In this document: positions 30,301-39,205 of the stretch, piece after piece
Layout of the letters: every line of letters begins with the position of its first letter
Numbering within the stretch: position 1 is the first letter of the stretch
Virus record (IMG/VR): IMGVR_UViG_3300017913_001448
Coordinates: 1 to 40,927 of that record
DNA: 40,927 nt
Source of the DNA: a virus
Lineage: Duplodnaviria; Caudoviricetes
Strand: one strand, 5' to 3'
Made by a program: the position numbers and the translations under genes
The notes under the pieces: generated by a model
Told to the model about the DNA's origin: nothing
Database searches by the model: none
The model's input: the letters and a program-made list of their open reading frames with translations, nothing else

Positions 30301-30839
30301 TTTACTGTGGCATCCTTTACAGGACTACCAAAAGTACCATTGCTAGGTAATGCGGCGTTCATAATTTTAATATATTGTTCATACCAGTATGCATTACTCG
30401 GATCGTTCCAAGTTACTTTTTGCCCTGAAAGATTGAAATTGTTGCTGTCAAAAATATCTTCTGTGGTTTGTACACTATCAATTTTTAGCAAACCTTGCGC
30501 TGCCTGATTACGTGTAGGATTGTATGACAACAATCGTGCTAAACGTAATACGCTTTCTCTACGTTCAGCAAGTTCAAGGAAGTTTTCACGTGCATTTAAA
30601 TCAATACGGAATGACAGGTTTTGACCTAGGAATGCAATTAGGTCAATTAGTGCAAGATATTCACTTGATTCAATGTAATCGTTAAAGTCCTCAGGATAAT
30701 TTTCTCTGAGGTAATTGATCATTGTACGTCTTAGGTTATCAAAGTCATAACTTTGAAACTCTGCGTTACGGTAACTTTGGTAAACACGCTTCCAGTCTTC
30801 AGCAACTAAAAGCCTATTTTGTCTATCTGTAGATGACAT
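27375..30839 (-). CDS. gp6: Baseplate wedge subunit, T4 gp6-like (baseplate J family)
   Basis: YDFDNLRRTMINYLR..FNDY.ESS..L.D..A....L.F......E.FL..A..R.SV..LA..LSY.P, plus ES..SIK.NAP..Y..QNR.VT.EDY. Confidence 0.9.
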   Translation of the reverse strand: MSSTDRQNRLLVAEDWKRVYQSYRNAEFQSYDFDNLRRTMINYLRENYPEDFNDYIESSEYLALIDLIAFLGQNLSFRIDLNARENFLELAERRESVLRLARLLSYNPTRNQAAQGLLKIDSVQTTEDIFDSNNFNLSGQKVTWNDPSNAYWYEQYIKIMNAALPSNGTFGSPVKDATVNGVKTQQYRFNAINTDIPIYSYTKNVQGTSLPFEVVSSDLDDSNIIEEIPVVGNSFATLYRNDGQGAGSTNTGFFVQFKQGSLDSGQFSVTNPSTNQVVDIDATNINDKDVWLFKLNNQGQEVEYWTKVDSVEGNNVIYNSLTKNIRNLYAVTTRVQDRISFVFSDGVFGNLPQGRFKAVYRTSANQAFVVKPADMQNVLIEIPYLSKTGVPESLRLTCSLKYTVSNSSVSESNDSIKTNAPATYYTQNRMVTAEDYNVAPLGVSQEIVKAKTVNRIASGISRYFDLTDATGKYSATNLFGNDGIIYKQEYTLRDSFTFVTQTDIESAITNVIEPIIRDRKIANFYLSKFSKIFGSDIGAEWVSSTSDTNRSTGYFTNSDGTKFKTGVFTANNLKFIEPGTLLKFVAPTGYHFMTNDKNKLMAGPVNHPFASSYIWTKVISVSGDGTTVADNGLGPVVLNDIIPSEALLQELRPKLANVITDSVKTQIVDQAFATNAFGLRYDVDTREWRLVTNQNIDTVSKFSQGKTGDVSNQNLDASWLLYFKTDGQKYTITYRALRYVFESDKEIKFYYDSSDKIYDNKTGKVVKDKIEVLNINNKPDSTSPFTIGYNWEIIKEYRDAEGYVNSKKVEVGFFDLDDDGVVDNPQSFDDIVDENTNTADKIVFLQKYTNTDGVEDYKYVDQSTVNIQVKSTLGSIGAYSAYDAGQIFYIQDTNLFYKLSNDKKNVAIVDDYLGFTGRNKLKFHYVHNADSNQRIDPSATNIMDMYLLTRNYDNSYRQWLAGDIVNKPLPPSSDQLYYNYGSELNKIKSISDEVIYHPVKYKPLFGSKAEDALQASFKIVKNPEIVVNDNDIKTRVIDSINQFFALENWEFGESFYFSELATHIMNDLTPDIVNIVIVPKSDNASFGSLFEIRSEADEIFITSATVQDVEIIDALTASQLKSTGKIVSSSATASAGIQSTTLNSSTQTGGGFNY

Positions 30840-30863
30840 TGCACATTCCTTAATTGTTACATG

Positions 30864-30870
30864 TATTTAT
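30864..30870 (-). promoter_or_regulatory. T4-like late promoter core ATAAATA upstream of the gp6-like gene
   Basis: ATAAATAC followed by an AAGGA RBS and the ATG at 30839, with a second TTAAATA at 30889-30895. Confidence 0.6.
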
Positions 30871-30897
30871 TACAAATAGAAAAGTGCGTATTTAATT

Positions 30898-31344
30898 TTA
30901 TGCAGTTAGGGCGGCGTTTTGATCAAAGTCTAAACGCATTTTTTCCGATATGTTGTAGGGCAAATATGTTAAATCAAGTTCTATTTGAATGCCGCTTTCA
31001 TAAGTGTCTACAGTGACATTGTTAACTTGTACTCTAGGATCATAGTTAACAATCGCAGTCACGTTTTCTGCAATAGCACCTTTTAGATCTTCAGTAAAAG
31101 GTTCAAATAGTGCATCCCAAATAATTGTACCAAACTCAGGATTTTCTAATTTTTCACCTTGCCTAATATGAAAATGATTAAGTAGATCTTGTTTGATAAG
31201 TGCAAGATCATAAAGAGTACCTGATTTATTATCAGGGTTAACTGTGCTAAGTCCCCTGTATGCTTTGCTAGGAACTACAGGAGAGTTATTAATTTGTGAC
31301 TCAACTGTTATCCTTTTGTATAATTGTTTTTCTAGTGTACTCAT
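30898..31344 (-). CDS. gp25: Baseplate wedge subunit, T4 gp25-like
   Basis: IKQDLLNHFHIRQGEKLENPEFGTIIWDALFEP...YDPRV matches the GPW/gp25 family. Confidence 0.92.
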   Translation of the reverse strand: MSTLEKQLYKRITVESQINNSPVVPSKAYRGLSTVNPDNKSGTLYDLALIKQDLLNHFHIRQGEKLENPEFGTIIWDALFEPFTEDLKGAIAENVTAIVNYDPRVQVNNVTVDTYESGIQIELDLTYLPYNISEKMRLDFDQNAALTA

Positions 31345-31352
31345 AATAATAT

Positions 31353-31652
31353 TTAACCTATTTTTACAAAGGATGCACTTCCTGTAATACTACCTGCATC
31401 ACAACCATCACCTTTTCTTGCTACTAATTGTCCTGCAATTTTTACACCACTGCTTGAACCTGTAATAGGAGCAACATGAGGTGCGCAAGGAGGATCAGGG
31501 GGGAAGGGATGACTTACAGTCAAATCACCTTTTCTACAAACAAGTTTACCTTCTATCTTAACGAAAGATTGACTTGGCGAATCAAGTGTCGTGGTTGCGG
31601 CACACCCGTGTCCTGTTGCAACAGCATCTCCTTGTCTTGCTACTAATGGCAT
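31353..31652 (-). CDS. PAAR-repeat spike tip protein (gp5.4-like)
   Basis: Three repeats (VARQGD, VCRKGD, VARKGD), His/Cys metal ligands, ITGSSSGVKIAG, and a terminal GSASFVKIG. Confidence 0.93.
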   Translation of the reverse strand: MPLVARQGDAVATGHGCAATTTLDSPSQSFVKIEGKLVCRKGDLTVSHPFPPDPPCAPHVAPITGSSSGVKIAGQLVARKGDGCDAGSITGSASFVKIG

Positions 31653-32422
31653 TATACTGTGCTGTCCTCTCTTTGTGCAGTGGCTGGTGCAGTGCCGTCT
31701 ATGGGTACATCGTACTCTTCAGGTAACGCCCAATTACGTCTAATACTTTTTACATATTGACTTTTGCTTTCAAATTTGTAGTTTGAGACTTTAGCATCAT
31801 TGCCTTGATTGCCTCCTAATACTTTAATTATACCATTACTTGTAATTTCTTGAACAAACCCTATGTGACCGCCTGCTCTGGTTTTACTTTTAAAGATTAC
31901 CACATCCCACTTCCGGATGTTTTTTGAATCTCGCCAATCTACTTCAGCACCCCATTTAAACCATCCTTGACTGCTCATAGTAGGTGTACCACTTCCTAAC
32001 GGAATTCCTGCTGTATAAAGTGCCCAACTTACAAATGCCGCACACCATGCATATGCCATATTACTACTGTCTCTGTCATAACTATTACCGCAAACTTTAT
32101 AACATTCTAATATACGGGGATTACCAGGATACCCCTTTTCTTTCCAGTCCTGAGCGAGAACATTTTTTAACACAGCATCTAATTTTTTCCAACCTGGGTT
32201 TTGCGGTACATTGCCAGGAGTTATGTTTGTATCTAAAGGAGGTAGATTAGAATCATTTGCTCCAATAAATGATCTACCACCCAGAGTGCCTGTTGCAGGA
32301 TAGTCGCCTTCTAAATCCAAATAATCATATCTATTGGATTCTAAAACATCGTTCCAGCCTCCATTGTCAACAATTTCTAAAGGACTTACTACTGGACTAT
32401 CTGGTATTACAATTTGACACAT
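31652..32422 (-). CDS. TIGR02594-like (CHAP/NlpC-P60-type) putative peptidoglycan hydrolase
   Basis: NPRILECY, AWCAAFVSWAL (catalytic Cys), DVVIF, GHIGFV (His) and VLGGNQG. AAGGAG RBS. Confidence 0.85.
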   Translation of the reverse strand: MCQIVIPDSPVVSPLEIVDNGGWNDVLESNRYDYLDLEGDYPATGTLGGRSFIGANDSNLPPLDTNITPGNVPQNPGWKKLDAVLKNVLAQDWKEKGYPGNPRILECYKVCGNSYDRDSSNMAYAWCAAFVSWALYTAGIPLGSGTPTMSSQGWFKWGAEVDWRDSKNIRKWDVVIFKSKTRAGGHIGFVQEITSNGIIKVLGGNQGNDAKVSNYKFESKSQYVKSIRRNWALPEEYDVPIDGTAPATAQREDSTV

Positions 32423-32432
32423 GTTCTACTCC

Positions 32433-34997
32433 TTATACACCTTGGATCCAGGCAGGATCATAATTGCCGCTTGGTAATAATTTGGCTTGTAAGAATCCTT
32501 GATCTTTTGGATATCCTAATTCATATCCTCTTGCGGTTCCTGCGATAGCATATCTAAAGTTTCCTAAAATACCTTTGCCAAAGTCTTTGTAACGGTCTTT
32601 CAAATATGCGGCTGTAACTTTTACACTTGCTTCTAAGTCATTTAATAAAATTGTAGGATCGTCGATGATTGTTACACCAAAAGGATTATATGCACTAATT
32701 AAACTTTCATCAATTAATCCTGCTTTTCTTCCATAACGCTCATAATTGGCTTTGCCTGTTAATTGTATTAAACCACGTCCAATAAACTTTTTGCCGTCTC
32801 CAGCAGTAGTATTCCCCATGTTTCTGCCCAGTCTATGTTGATTACCGTAAACATATTCAAAAAAGTCTAATTTATTTGCTTTGAGGCTTGTAAGAGCAGA
32901 ATCACTTAGTGACTTTGTACTGCTAAAGATACTACGGATACGCTCATTAGACGTTCCGCCATATCCTTTTTCTTCAGATAATTTTAATCCTGATTCTGTT
33001 TCCGCAGTTGCAATAGCCGCATACACTTCTGCTTCGCTAAATCCTACTGCAAATAATTCTTTTGCAAATGCTCTTGATATTTCAAGTTTGGATCTTCTTA
33101 CAGTATCGCTATCTTCTGGTACATCTGCAGGGCCAATCGGATCAAAGCCTTTAGAACTTTCGCCAACTACGCCTTCATTATTGAAACTGTTAGGTTGAGA
33201 TCCTGGTGATGTTACTGAGCCGCCTGGACCTCTAGCAAACGTATCAGGTGTGCTAGGTGGATAGGTTTCAGGTTGTTGATTACCTGCACGAATATTTTCT
33301 GTGCTGTATTTCACAGGATCATAATTTTCATGTTCGAACCAAGGTTCTGCCATTGGAATACGTGATGTTTCTAAGGCTAATTCAGGAGGCGTTGGGTCAA
33401 CAATGACAGGCACTGGCGGAATTCCTGCTTCAGCAGGTTCTTGAGGCGCACTAGGTACAGATCCTTGAATGTCGATGTCATTACCGTCGGAGTATATAAT
33501 CATATTACTGCCTGCGTGAATACTTGATGTTGCGTCTGTGCGCAATGTCATAGAACCTACACTCTTAGCGTGGAAAATATTTCCACTTTCAATTTTTGTT
33601 GCCAGCGTACTTTTCTGCGATATCTCTGCTTCTGCGAATACTTTGATATTGCCGAGTGTTTTCAAATCATAATCGCCGTCAGTGGTAATCTTTACATACT
33701 CGCCACCTTCAATACCTACGCCTACAGGACTACCTATTCCAAGATTATTTCCTGCCATAATACTTTGTTCTTCAGCGGCTACAATACTGCCATTGTTTTG
33801 AGCATACAAAACCAAATTTGCATTACTGTTTATACTACTATCTTTACCACTGTTTACACTAAACTGACTGCCTGCTGTAATATTTGTACTATCTACAGAA
33901 CTTGTTCTTATCTTAGTGCTAACAATATTAACATCTTCGCCTGCTGTTAAGTTAATATCCCTATCAGCAGTAAAGTTTATGTCTGCACCACTGTGAACAC
34001 TAATACTATCTTGAGCATAAATGTCAATTTTTCCGTTGGATGTCATTTCTATCCAACTTGTACCTCTACTGTTACCAATGTAAATCAAGTCTTCAGTATT
34101 ATGTAATAAAATTTGATGGCCTGTTCTAGTGCGGAATCTTAATAATTCATTGTGAGGTAATGTAGGATCACCACCAGTTTCCCCTGCTTCAAGATTGATA
34201 TATTCCATAGGTGTTTCCCATGGTTTACCTTTGCGCAAGAATTTATCATCGCCGTCGTCCATTACAAAAGAAGAGCCGCCTAGTCTACTTTTATACCAAT
34301 TAATTTTATTTCCTCTTGGTCCTATATCTGCTTTAGGTGCACCATCGCGCTTATCTAAAGGACCTGGAGTACTCCATCCAAACACAGCACTAGGCAGTTC
34401 TCGTCTTGCGCTCGAGGATGTAATTCCCCTAACTTCATCTTCAATTAATCCTCTACGAATGTAACCTTGTAAAAGATCAAGATGAGCCGGTTTAGGATAA
34501 GTTGTAGGCTCGTTTGTGTCGCCCTTTGTTGTTAACTTATTGTATTCTGCGGCAGGAGCCTTTTTATTAAAATCTTTGACAGTATTAGTTGCGGCAAGTC
34601 CAGGCACCATAAAGTTCATGTATTCATCTTGGATACATCCTATCCAATAACATGCACTGCTGTTACCTTCTGCAAAAATTACAAGTACTTTTGTTCCAAC
34701 ATCAGGTGGTACTGCCCAAAATCCAGAACTTTGCTGAGATGCTCTATAACCTTCATTTTTACTACTGCCGCTTACAGGAGTAACATTATAAAAAGGACTA
34801 AGATATTTTGCTTCGTACAACTGACCTGTAGTTTCGGGTTGGTTACCAGATGCAGTTTGTTTGAGAAGTTCCACTTGCAATCTTCCCATGTACTGACTAT
34901 CTAAAACATTTACAACTATTGCTTCAAACGGACCTGCATTTTGTGTCCGCATCTTGTCTCTGACTGTGCCAAACTTTTTTCTAATATCAGGTATCAT
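32433..34997 (-). CDS. gp5: Baseplate central spike, gp5/VgrG-like, with C-terminal GH19 lysozyme domain
   Basis: OB-fold (GRLQV, PPDVGTKVLVIF.EG...YWIG), RTRTGHQI..., beta-helix repeats, a Pro-rich linker, then ETESG..EE, GNTTAGDGKKFIGRGLIQLTGKANY (GH19 signature). Confidence 0.88.
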   Translation of the reverse strand: MIPDIRKKFGTVRDKMRTQNAGPFEAIVVNVLDSQYMGRLQVELLKQTASGNQPETTGQLYEAKYLSPFYNVTPVSGSSKNEGYRASQQSSGFWAVPPDVGTKVLVIFAEGNSSACYWIGCIQDEYMNFMVPGLAATNTVKDFNKKAPAAEYNKLTTKGDTNEPTTYPKPAHLDLLQGYIRRGLIEDEVRGITSSSARRELPSAVFGWSTPGPLDKRDGAPKADIGPRGNKINWYKSRLGGSSFVMDDGDDKFLRKGKPWETPMEYINLEAGETGGDPTLPHNELLRFRTRTGHQILLHNTEDLIYIGNSRGTSWIEMTSNGKIDIYAQDSISVHSGADINFTADRDINLTAGEDVNIVSTKIRTSSVDSTNITAGSQFSVNSGKDSSINSNANLVLYAQNNGSIVAAEEQSIMAGNNLGIGSPVGVGIEGGEYVKITTDGDYDLKTLGNIKVFAEAEISQKSTLATKIESGNIFHAKSVGSMTLRTDATSSIHAGSNMIIYSDGNDIDIQGSVPSAPQEPAEAGIPPVPVIVDPTPPELALETSRIPMAEPWFEHENYDPVKYSTENIRAGNQQPETYPPSTPDTFARGPGGSVTSPGSQPNSFNNEGVVGESSKGFDPIGPADVPEDSDTVRRSKLEISRAFAKELFAVGFSEAEVYAAIATAETESGLKLSEEKGYGGTSNERIRSIFSSTKSLSDSALTSLKANKLDFFEYVYGNQHRLGRNMGNTTAGDGKKFIGRGLIQLTGKANYERYGRKAGLIDESLISAYNPFGVTIIDDPTILLNDLEASVKVTAAYLKDRYKDFGKGILGNFRYAIAGTARGYELGYPKDQGFLQAKLLPSGNYDPAWIQGV

Positions 34998-34998
34998 T

Positions 34999-37900
34999 CT
35001 AGAAAGGTCCTCTCAAGTTACTGTTGAGATTTTTTAATTTGTTTGCGGCTTCTGTAGCGGCTTGTTCAACAGCATTAGGTATTTGTGCTTTTACTCTACT
35101 TAACGAATTCAAGTTATTAGTAGCCGCTGATCCGAGAGCACCTAAAACTTTATCTCCGTCTAATCCTAACCCTTCTAATGTTCCTTTTAATTTGTTATCG
35201 ATGGTGCTTGTTGCATCAATTAATGTACTTGCAGATCCAATCATCGATCTAAAATCTGTACCAATTTTATATAAGTTTCCTGCGTCTAGTGCGGCTTGTG
35301 CTCCTGTAAATGATTTTGCAATCCTATCAAATGCGGCTAATGCAGGTTGGCTTAAATTAGCACGTTGCGCTTGTACGACAGCATTTAGAGATTCAAACCC
35401 AGGTAGCAATTCTTGAACTTCTTTTAGATAAACTTCGTAGTTTTCTGTTGTTCCAGTAAGAATTGCCGCTTCTGACAATTGATTTTTTAAAGTAGTTGCT
35501 CTTTCATTGACTGCATTTCTTGCATTTTCTACAGCAACCAATGCACCTACATTAGAACTAGATGTTGTTTCTTGTTGATTAATCATTCTAACAAGTGTAA
35601 GTTCTTGAGTAAATTGATTATCTATTATTTTATGCCGAACTTGTGGCACAAAATATAAACCACTAAATTGATCAACTGTAATTAATTCCTCAGGAAAAAT
35701 ATAATCCCCTCTATCAGTATCAATATCAATAGGCGTTCTAAATAATATATTCACATACACTTGTCCATTGTTTGCATTCATATGTCCATCAGCGGTCATG
35801 TTAGTATATGATGTATCCTCGGCATGATAATTTCCTACACCACTGTCACTAATATAAAAAGGATCACCCATAATTTCCATGTCGACCATAACCATATCAA
35901 CATTAGAACGCATAAGTCGTTCATTAAATTGCCTTGCTACGCTAATGCGGGCATTGTCTAAACCTGCAGATTGATCTCCTGTAGGAGTGTCAATAGTCTC
36001 TGCTGTACCTCCGGGCGTTTCACCCTGGGGGTCACTTAAATTTGGTTTTGCTAATGTCAAAGGCACTTCGTCATAACCGCCTGTCCTTTGGTTAGCCATT
36101 CCTTGCCCTTGGTTAGCACTACTGCTTCCTCGATCCGCTGCCACAGGTCTTAGGAAAGCATAATTGTATTCTATGTTAAAATTAAGTATATCTTTATTCT
36201 TACCAGTGTAAATATAATTGTACTGCTTGGCAGCATCTCTCTTCATTGCAGATGTGCCTATACTAATTTGATTTGATCCTGAAAATACACTGTGATGAAC
36301 TTTATATGGTACTACACGATATACATAAAGAGAAGGATAGTTGCCGCTTCTGCGATGTTCTTCATGATCAGGAACAATAAACACATCAGTTTCAACTCTA
36401 TACCAAGTAATCATACCTTGCGGATCTCTTAGTTCCTGTAATTGTTGTGCTAACGATCTACCATAAATGCTTGTGATTACAACTTCTTCAATAATCTCTT
36501 GAATACGTGTTCCTGATTTAAATTTAAAAACTCTAATATCGTCACTGATCTGTAAATTTTTATCAGTCCTATTAAAGATAGCATATTTTTCCTTAAATTC
36601 TGCTGTTTCTTGTGCCCTAGCAGAGGCATTAGGATCTACATTCACTGCCCTTAATGCGGCATCTTGGTATATAGGAGGATTCATAGGTTGAACCCCTGCT
36701 TCTACAGGATCTTCAATGATAGCAGATTGACCAATTAAATTGTTGCTATAATTACTTGCCGCATATTTTTTCCACATACCTTCAATTTGACTGTTACTTA
36801 CTTTGTTTGACAGTGTACTAAAATATTCGTTAAATGTTATAGGAACTTCTGCTTCTTGGCTACCTACAACACTCTGAAATGCCGCTAGGACTTCTGCATT
36901 GGCTTCACCTACCGGAACAGTTGCACGACTTTCTGACAAATTAGACATACCAAATTCATCATACCCAGAATTGGCACTGCTAGTATCATTAGGGAAAATT
37001 ATTATGTATTGATTAGGCGTAGTAATTTGATCTTTTTGTGCAAATTCATTAAGTCTTGCATTCATAACTTCTGTCAAACTTTCTGCGCCAGTCTGTAAAA
37101 TTTCTTTTACAGTTCTACCTTTAATAGCGATATCAGTTTTAATACCTTGCACACTATCAGTTAGTGCTTGCTCATTCCAAGCAATGGCTTCCATCTTGTA
37201 GTTTGTTCCGCCCTCGTTAACACTAAAATCACCTTTAGTAAGTTTTACAGGTAACAGTCTTTTTGCATATGGTACATTGGCTTCTACTCCGTCAACGTTC
37301 CACCCCTTAAAGTCAATCTGGAAACAAAACGGTGCTTGAGTGTAATCATCATAACCACTAGTATATGCAGCCATTTGTAGTGCTTGCCAAAATAATCCCA
37401 TACTATATGGCTCTTGCACTGTAAAGTCAAATTTTAAAGCATTAGTAGTTGTCGTTCCGGGATTAGGTGCAAGCAAACTTTCAAACTCAAGTTCTGTAAT
37501 AAAAAATTCTACGTCAGCACCTAGTGCTTGTTCAATACGTGTTCTTACTTTTTTACCTGAAGCAGTGCCACCACTACGCAAAACAATATTACTAAATCCA
37601 TTGCGTCTAAATGTATTAATAGGATCATTAATTTCTTCATATGTTAAACATGCCAATGTAATAATTGCATTATGACTTGCATATGGTTCTAATTCGTTAG
37701 GCCACGGTGGCGCACTTTTACCAGGAACTAACGTACCTGCTTTTGTTGTGAAACTAATTGGTCCTGGTTTTGCAGGAAGATTTGTTTTAAATACGCCAGG
37801 ATCTAAAGTTGCAAACTGGCTGGTTAGATCGCCAATATTTAAACCAGATACTTTGCCTAAGGCATTTTCAATATTTGCAATGCCAGTTTCTGCCTTAAAA

Positions 37901-38013
37901 TCGTTTAGTGTTTTTTCTAAGCCTGCTTTAATATCTACACCTATACTAGGAATTTGTGCTGTAATAGCATCAAACTTTTTTGTAATTTTCGATGTAAGTG
38001 CTTTGAAACTCAT
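34999..38013 (-). CDS. Putative baseplate hub protein (gp27/late-control-D-like), 1004 aa
   Basis: Lies between the gp53-like and gp5-like genes. F.V.EPY, K.YNYIYTGKN.DI, MEIMGDP and FSGLYFV..V.H....FTQELTLVR are hub-type motifs. Confidence 0.7.
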   Translation of the reverse strand: MSFKALTSKITKKFDAITAQIPSIGVDIKAGLEKTLNDFKAETGIANIENALGKVSGLNIGDLTSQFATLDPGVFKTNLPAKPGPISFTTKAGTLVPGKSAPPWPNELEPYASHNAIITLACLTYEEINDPINTFRRNGFSNIVLRSGGTASGKKVRTRIEQALGADVEFFITELEFESLLAPNPGTTTTNALKFDFTVQEPYSMGLFWQALQMAAYTSGYDDYTQAPFCFQIDFKGWNVDGVEANVPYAKRLLPVKLTKGDFSVNEGGTNYKMEAIAWNEQALTDSVQGIKTDIAIKGRTVKEILQTGAESLTEVMNARLNEFAQKDQITTPNQYIIIFPNDTSSANSGYDEFGMSNLSESRATVPVGEANAEVLAAFQSVVGSQEAEVPITFNEYFSTLSNKVSNSQIEGMWKKYAASNYSNNLIGQSAIIEDPVEAGVQPMNPPIYQDAALRAVNVDPNASARAQETAEFKEKYAIFNRTDKNLQISDDIRVFKFKSGTRIQEIIEEVVITSIYGRSLAQQLQELRDPQGMITWYRVETDVFIVPDHEEHRRSGNYPSLYVYRVVPYKVHHSVFSGSNQISIGTSAMKRDAAKQYNYIYTGKNKDILNFNIEYNYAFLRPVAADRGSSSANQGQGMANQRTGGYDEVPLTLAKPNLSDPQGETPGGTAETIDTPTGDQSAGLDNARISVARQFNERLMRSNVDMVMVDMEIMGDPFYISDSGVGNYHAEDTSYTNMTADGHMNANNGQVYVNILFRTPIDIDTDRGDYIFPEELITVDQFSGLYFVPQVRHKIIDNQFTQELTLVRMINQQETTSSSNVGALVAVENARNAVNERATTLKNQLSEAAILTGTTENYEVYLKEVQELLPGFESLNAVVQAQRANLSQPALAAFDRIAKSFTGAQAALDAGNLYKIGTDFRSMIGSASTLIDATSTIDNKLKGTLEGLGLDGDKVLGALGSAATNNLNSLSRVKAQIPNAVEQAATEAANKLKNLNSNLRGPF

Positions 38014-38014
38014 A

Positions 38015-38320
38015 TTAAATTCCTAGCATTTCTTTCAGTGCAGGTCCTTTAGGCAAATAAATTTTTGTACCTGCTTCAATATCGAACACAGGATCTTTTA
38101 TTACATCCATGTTGCGCTGTGCAAACACCCACCACAGTTTAGAATTACCGTACAAGTCGTAGGCTAATAAATCAGGACGGTGAGTATATTGTGGTTCAAT
38201 TTCGTACAATACATCGTCTGCCTCTTCAGGTACTGGTCTAATTTGTAAAGTTCCTAAATATTGCCCATTTACAAATTTTGTATTTTTCCAAGGACTTGTA
38301 TTACTATAATTTGCTGGCAT
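38015..38320 (-). CDS. gp53: Baseplate wedge protein, gp53-like (LysM-like)
   Basis: YEI...HRPDLLAYDLYGNSKLWWVFAQRN...I..G.KIYLP. Confidence 0.88.
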   Translation of the reverse strand: MPANYSNTSPWKNTKFVNGQYLGTLQIRPVPEEADDVLYEIEPQYTHRPDLLAYDLYGNSKLWWVFAQRNMDVIKDPVFDIEAGTKIYLPKGPALKEMLGI

Positions 38321-39150
38321 TAGATAAATCCATTCTTACTAATCAATTTACCATTTACAAAATCATTAAGATTAAATTGTTCAGTTTGTGTTCTGCTATA
38401 GATAGGTTGTACAGTTACAGCAATCAAACTTTGTGATGGTACCCAAGTTCCTGGATTACTTTCGCCTGTAGGCTCGCCATCTCCAGAAACTGTAGTTTTA
38501 AAATAGTCAACATCTTGCGGCATGTCAATATTAAAACTTGTAATTACACATGGAACATTTTTAAATACGTATTCTCCGTAACCATTAAGTTTTACAATTA
38601 CAGGTGGATTTCCTGAATTAATTCCATTATCACCGTAAAACATTTTAGTGGCTGTACGCAAGAATGTAACCGCGGCTACCCAATATTCTGCATCTTCGTT
38701 AGTTTCAGTGAAAAAGTCTCCTGAAATAGTAATAGCATCCACACTACTATTTTGATAGTTGTAAAAAGGATAATTAGTATGTACAGGTTGCATTGCTGAA
38801 TAACTTGCACTATGTGAAAAGATTACACTAGGTGTATATGGAAAAATCATTCTATCACCAGTAATACTTAAAGGTGCTAACAGTGGAGATTGTAAGTCTC
38901 GTATAACCGGAGGAACACTTAGACTTACACGCCAATCATTGCTTGCTCTAGAGTCAGCAATAATTGCTTCGGTGTTAGTTTTAAAACGAGGTACACCGTC
39001 TTGAGGTAAGTTTCTGCTTCGGATACTTCGCATAAATCCTTTAGTTTCGCCGTTACCAAACGGTACTATTGATTTTGCTTTTTCTCTAATTTCATTTTGA
39101 ATTGCTCCGCGCACATCGCGAAACAAACCATTTGCAATATCTTTAAACAT
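38320..39150 (-). CDS. Tail tube initiator/baseplate tube cap (gp48/gp54-like)
   Basis: FPYTP, ITISGDF, PPVIVKLNGYG.YVF.NVPCVITSF tube-fold motifs. First gene of the baseplate block, with an AGGAG RBS. Confidence 0.7.
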   Translation of the reverse strand: MFKDIANGLFRDVRGAIQNEIREKAKSIVPFGNGETKGFMRSIRSRNLPQDGVPRFKTNTEAIIADSRASNDWRVSLSVPPVIRDLQSPLLAPLSITGDRMIFPYTPSVIFSHSASYSAMQPVHTNYPFYNYQNSSVDAITISGDFFTETNEDAEYWVAAVTFLRTATKMFYGDNGINSGNPPVIVKLNGYGEYVFKNVPCVITSFNIDMPQDVDYFKTTVSGDGEPTGESNPGTWVPSQSLIAVTVQPIYSRTQTEQFNLNDFVNGKLISKNGFI

Positions 39151-39169
39151 AGATTGTCTCCTGCTACAT

Positions 39170-39176
39170 TATTTAG
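39170..39176 (-). promoter_or_regulatory. Late promoter core CTAAATA for the baseplate operon
   Basis: Minus strand reads AACTAAATAATGTAGCAGGAGACAATCTATG. It is the only TAAATA-type motif ahead of the operon's first gene. Confidence 0.6.
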
Positions 39177-39205
39177 TTGACTTTATTAACTACGTATATT
39201 ATAAT
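39177..39205 (+). promoter_or_regulatory. Sigma70-type promoter for the gp55-like gene
   Basis: TTGACT (39177-39182), 17 nt, TATAAT (39200-39205), then a GGAG RBS and the ATG at 39228. Confidence 0.85.

Noticed and set aside
104-38026. Many plus-strand ORFs of 60-140 aa in the ORF track, and short alternative-frame minus ORFs
   Set aside because: They lie antisense to or inside well-supported genes, often in register with them, and have no recognisable motifs. They are shadow ORFs.
27375-39150. Bacterial T6SS or extracellular contractile injection system locus
   Set aside because: The adjacent gp55 and gp47 genes, late promoters and fibre genes point to a T4-like phage, and no T6SS membrane or ATPase genes are present.
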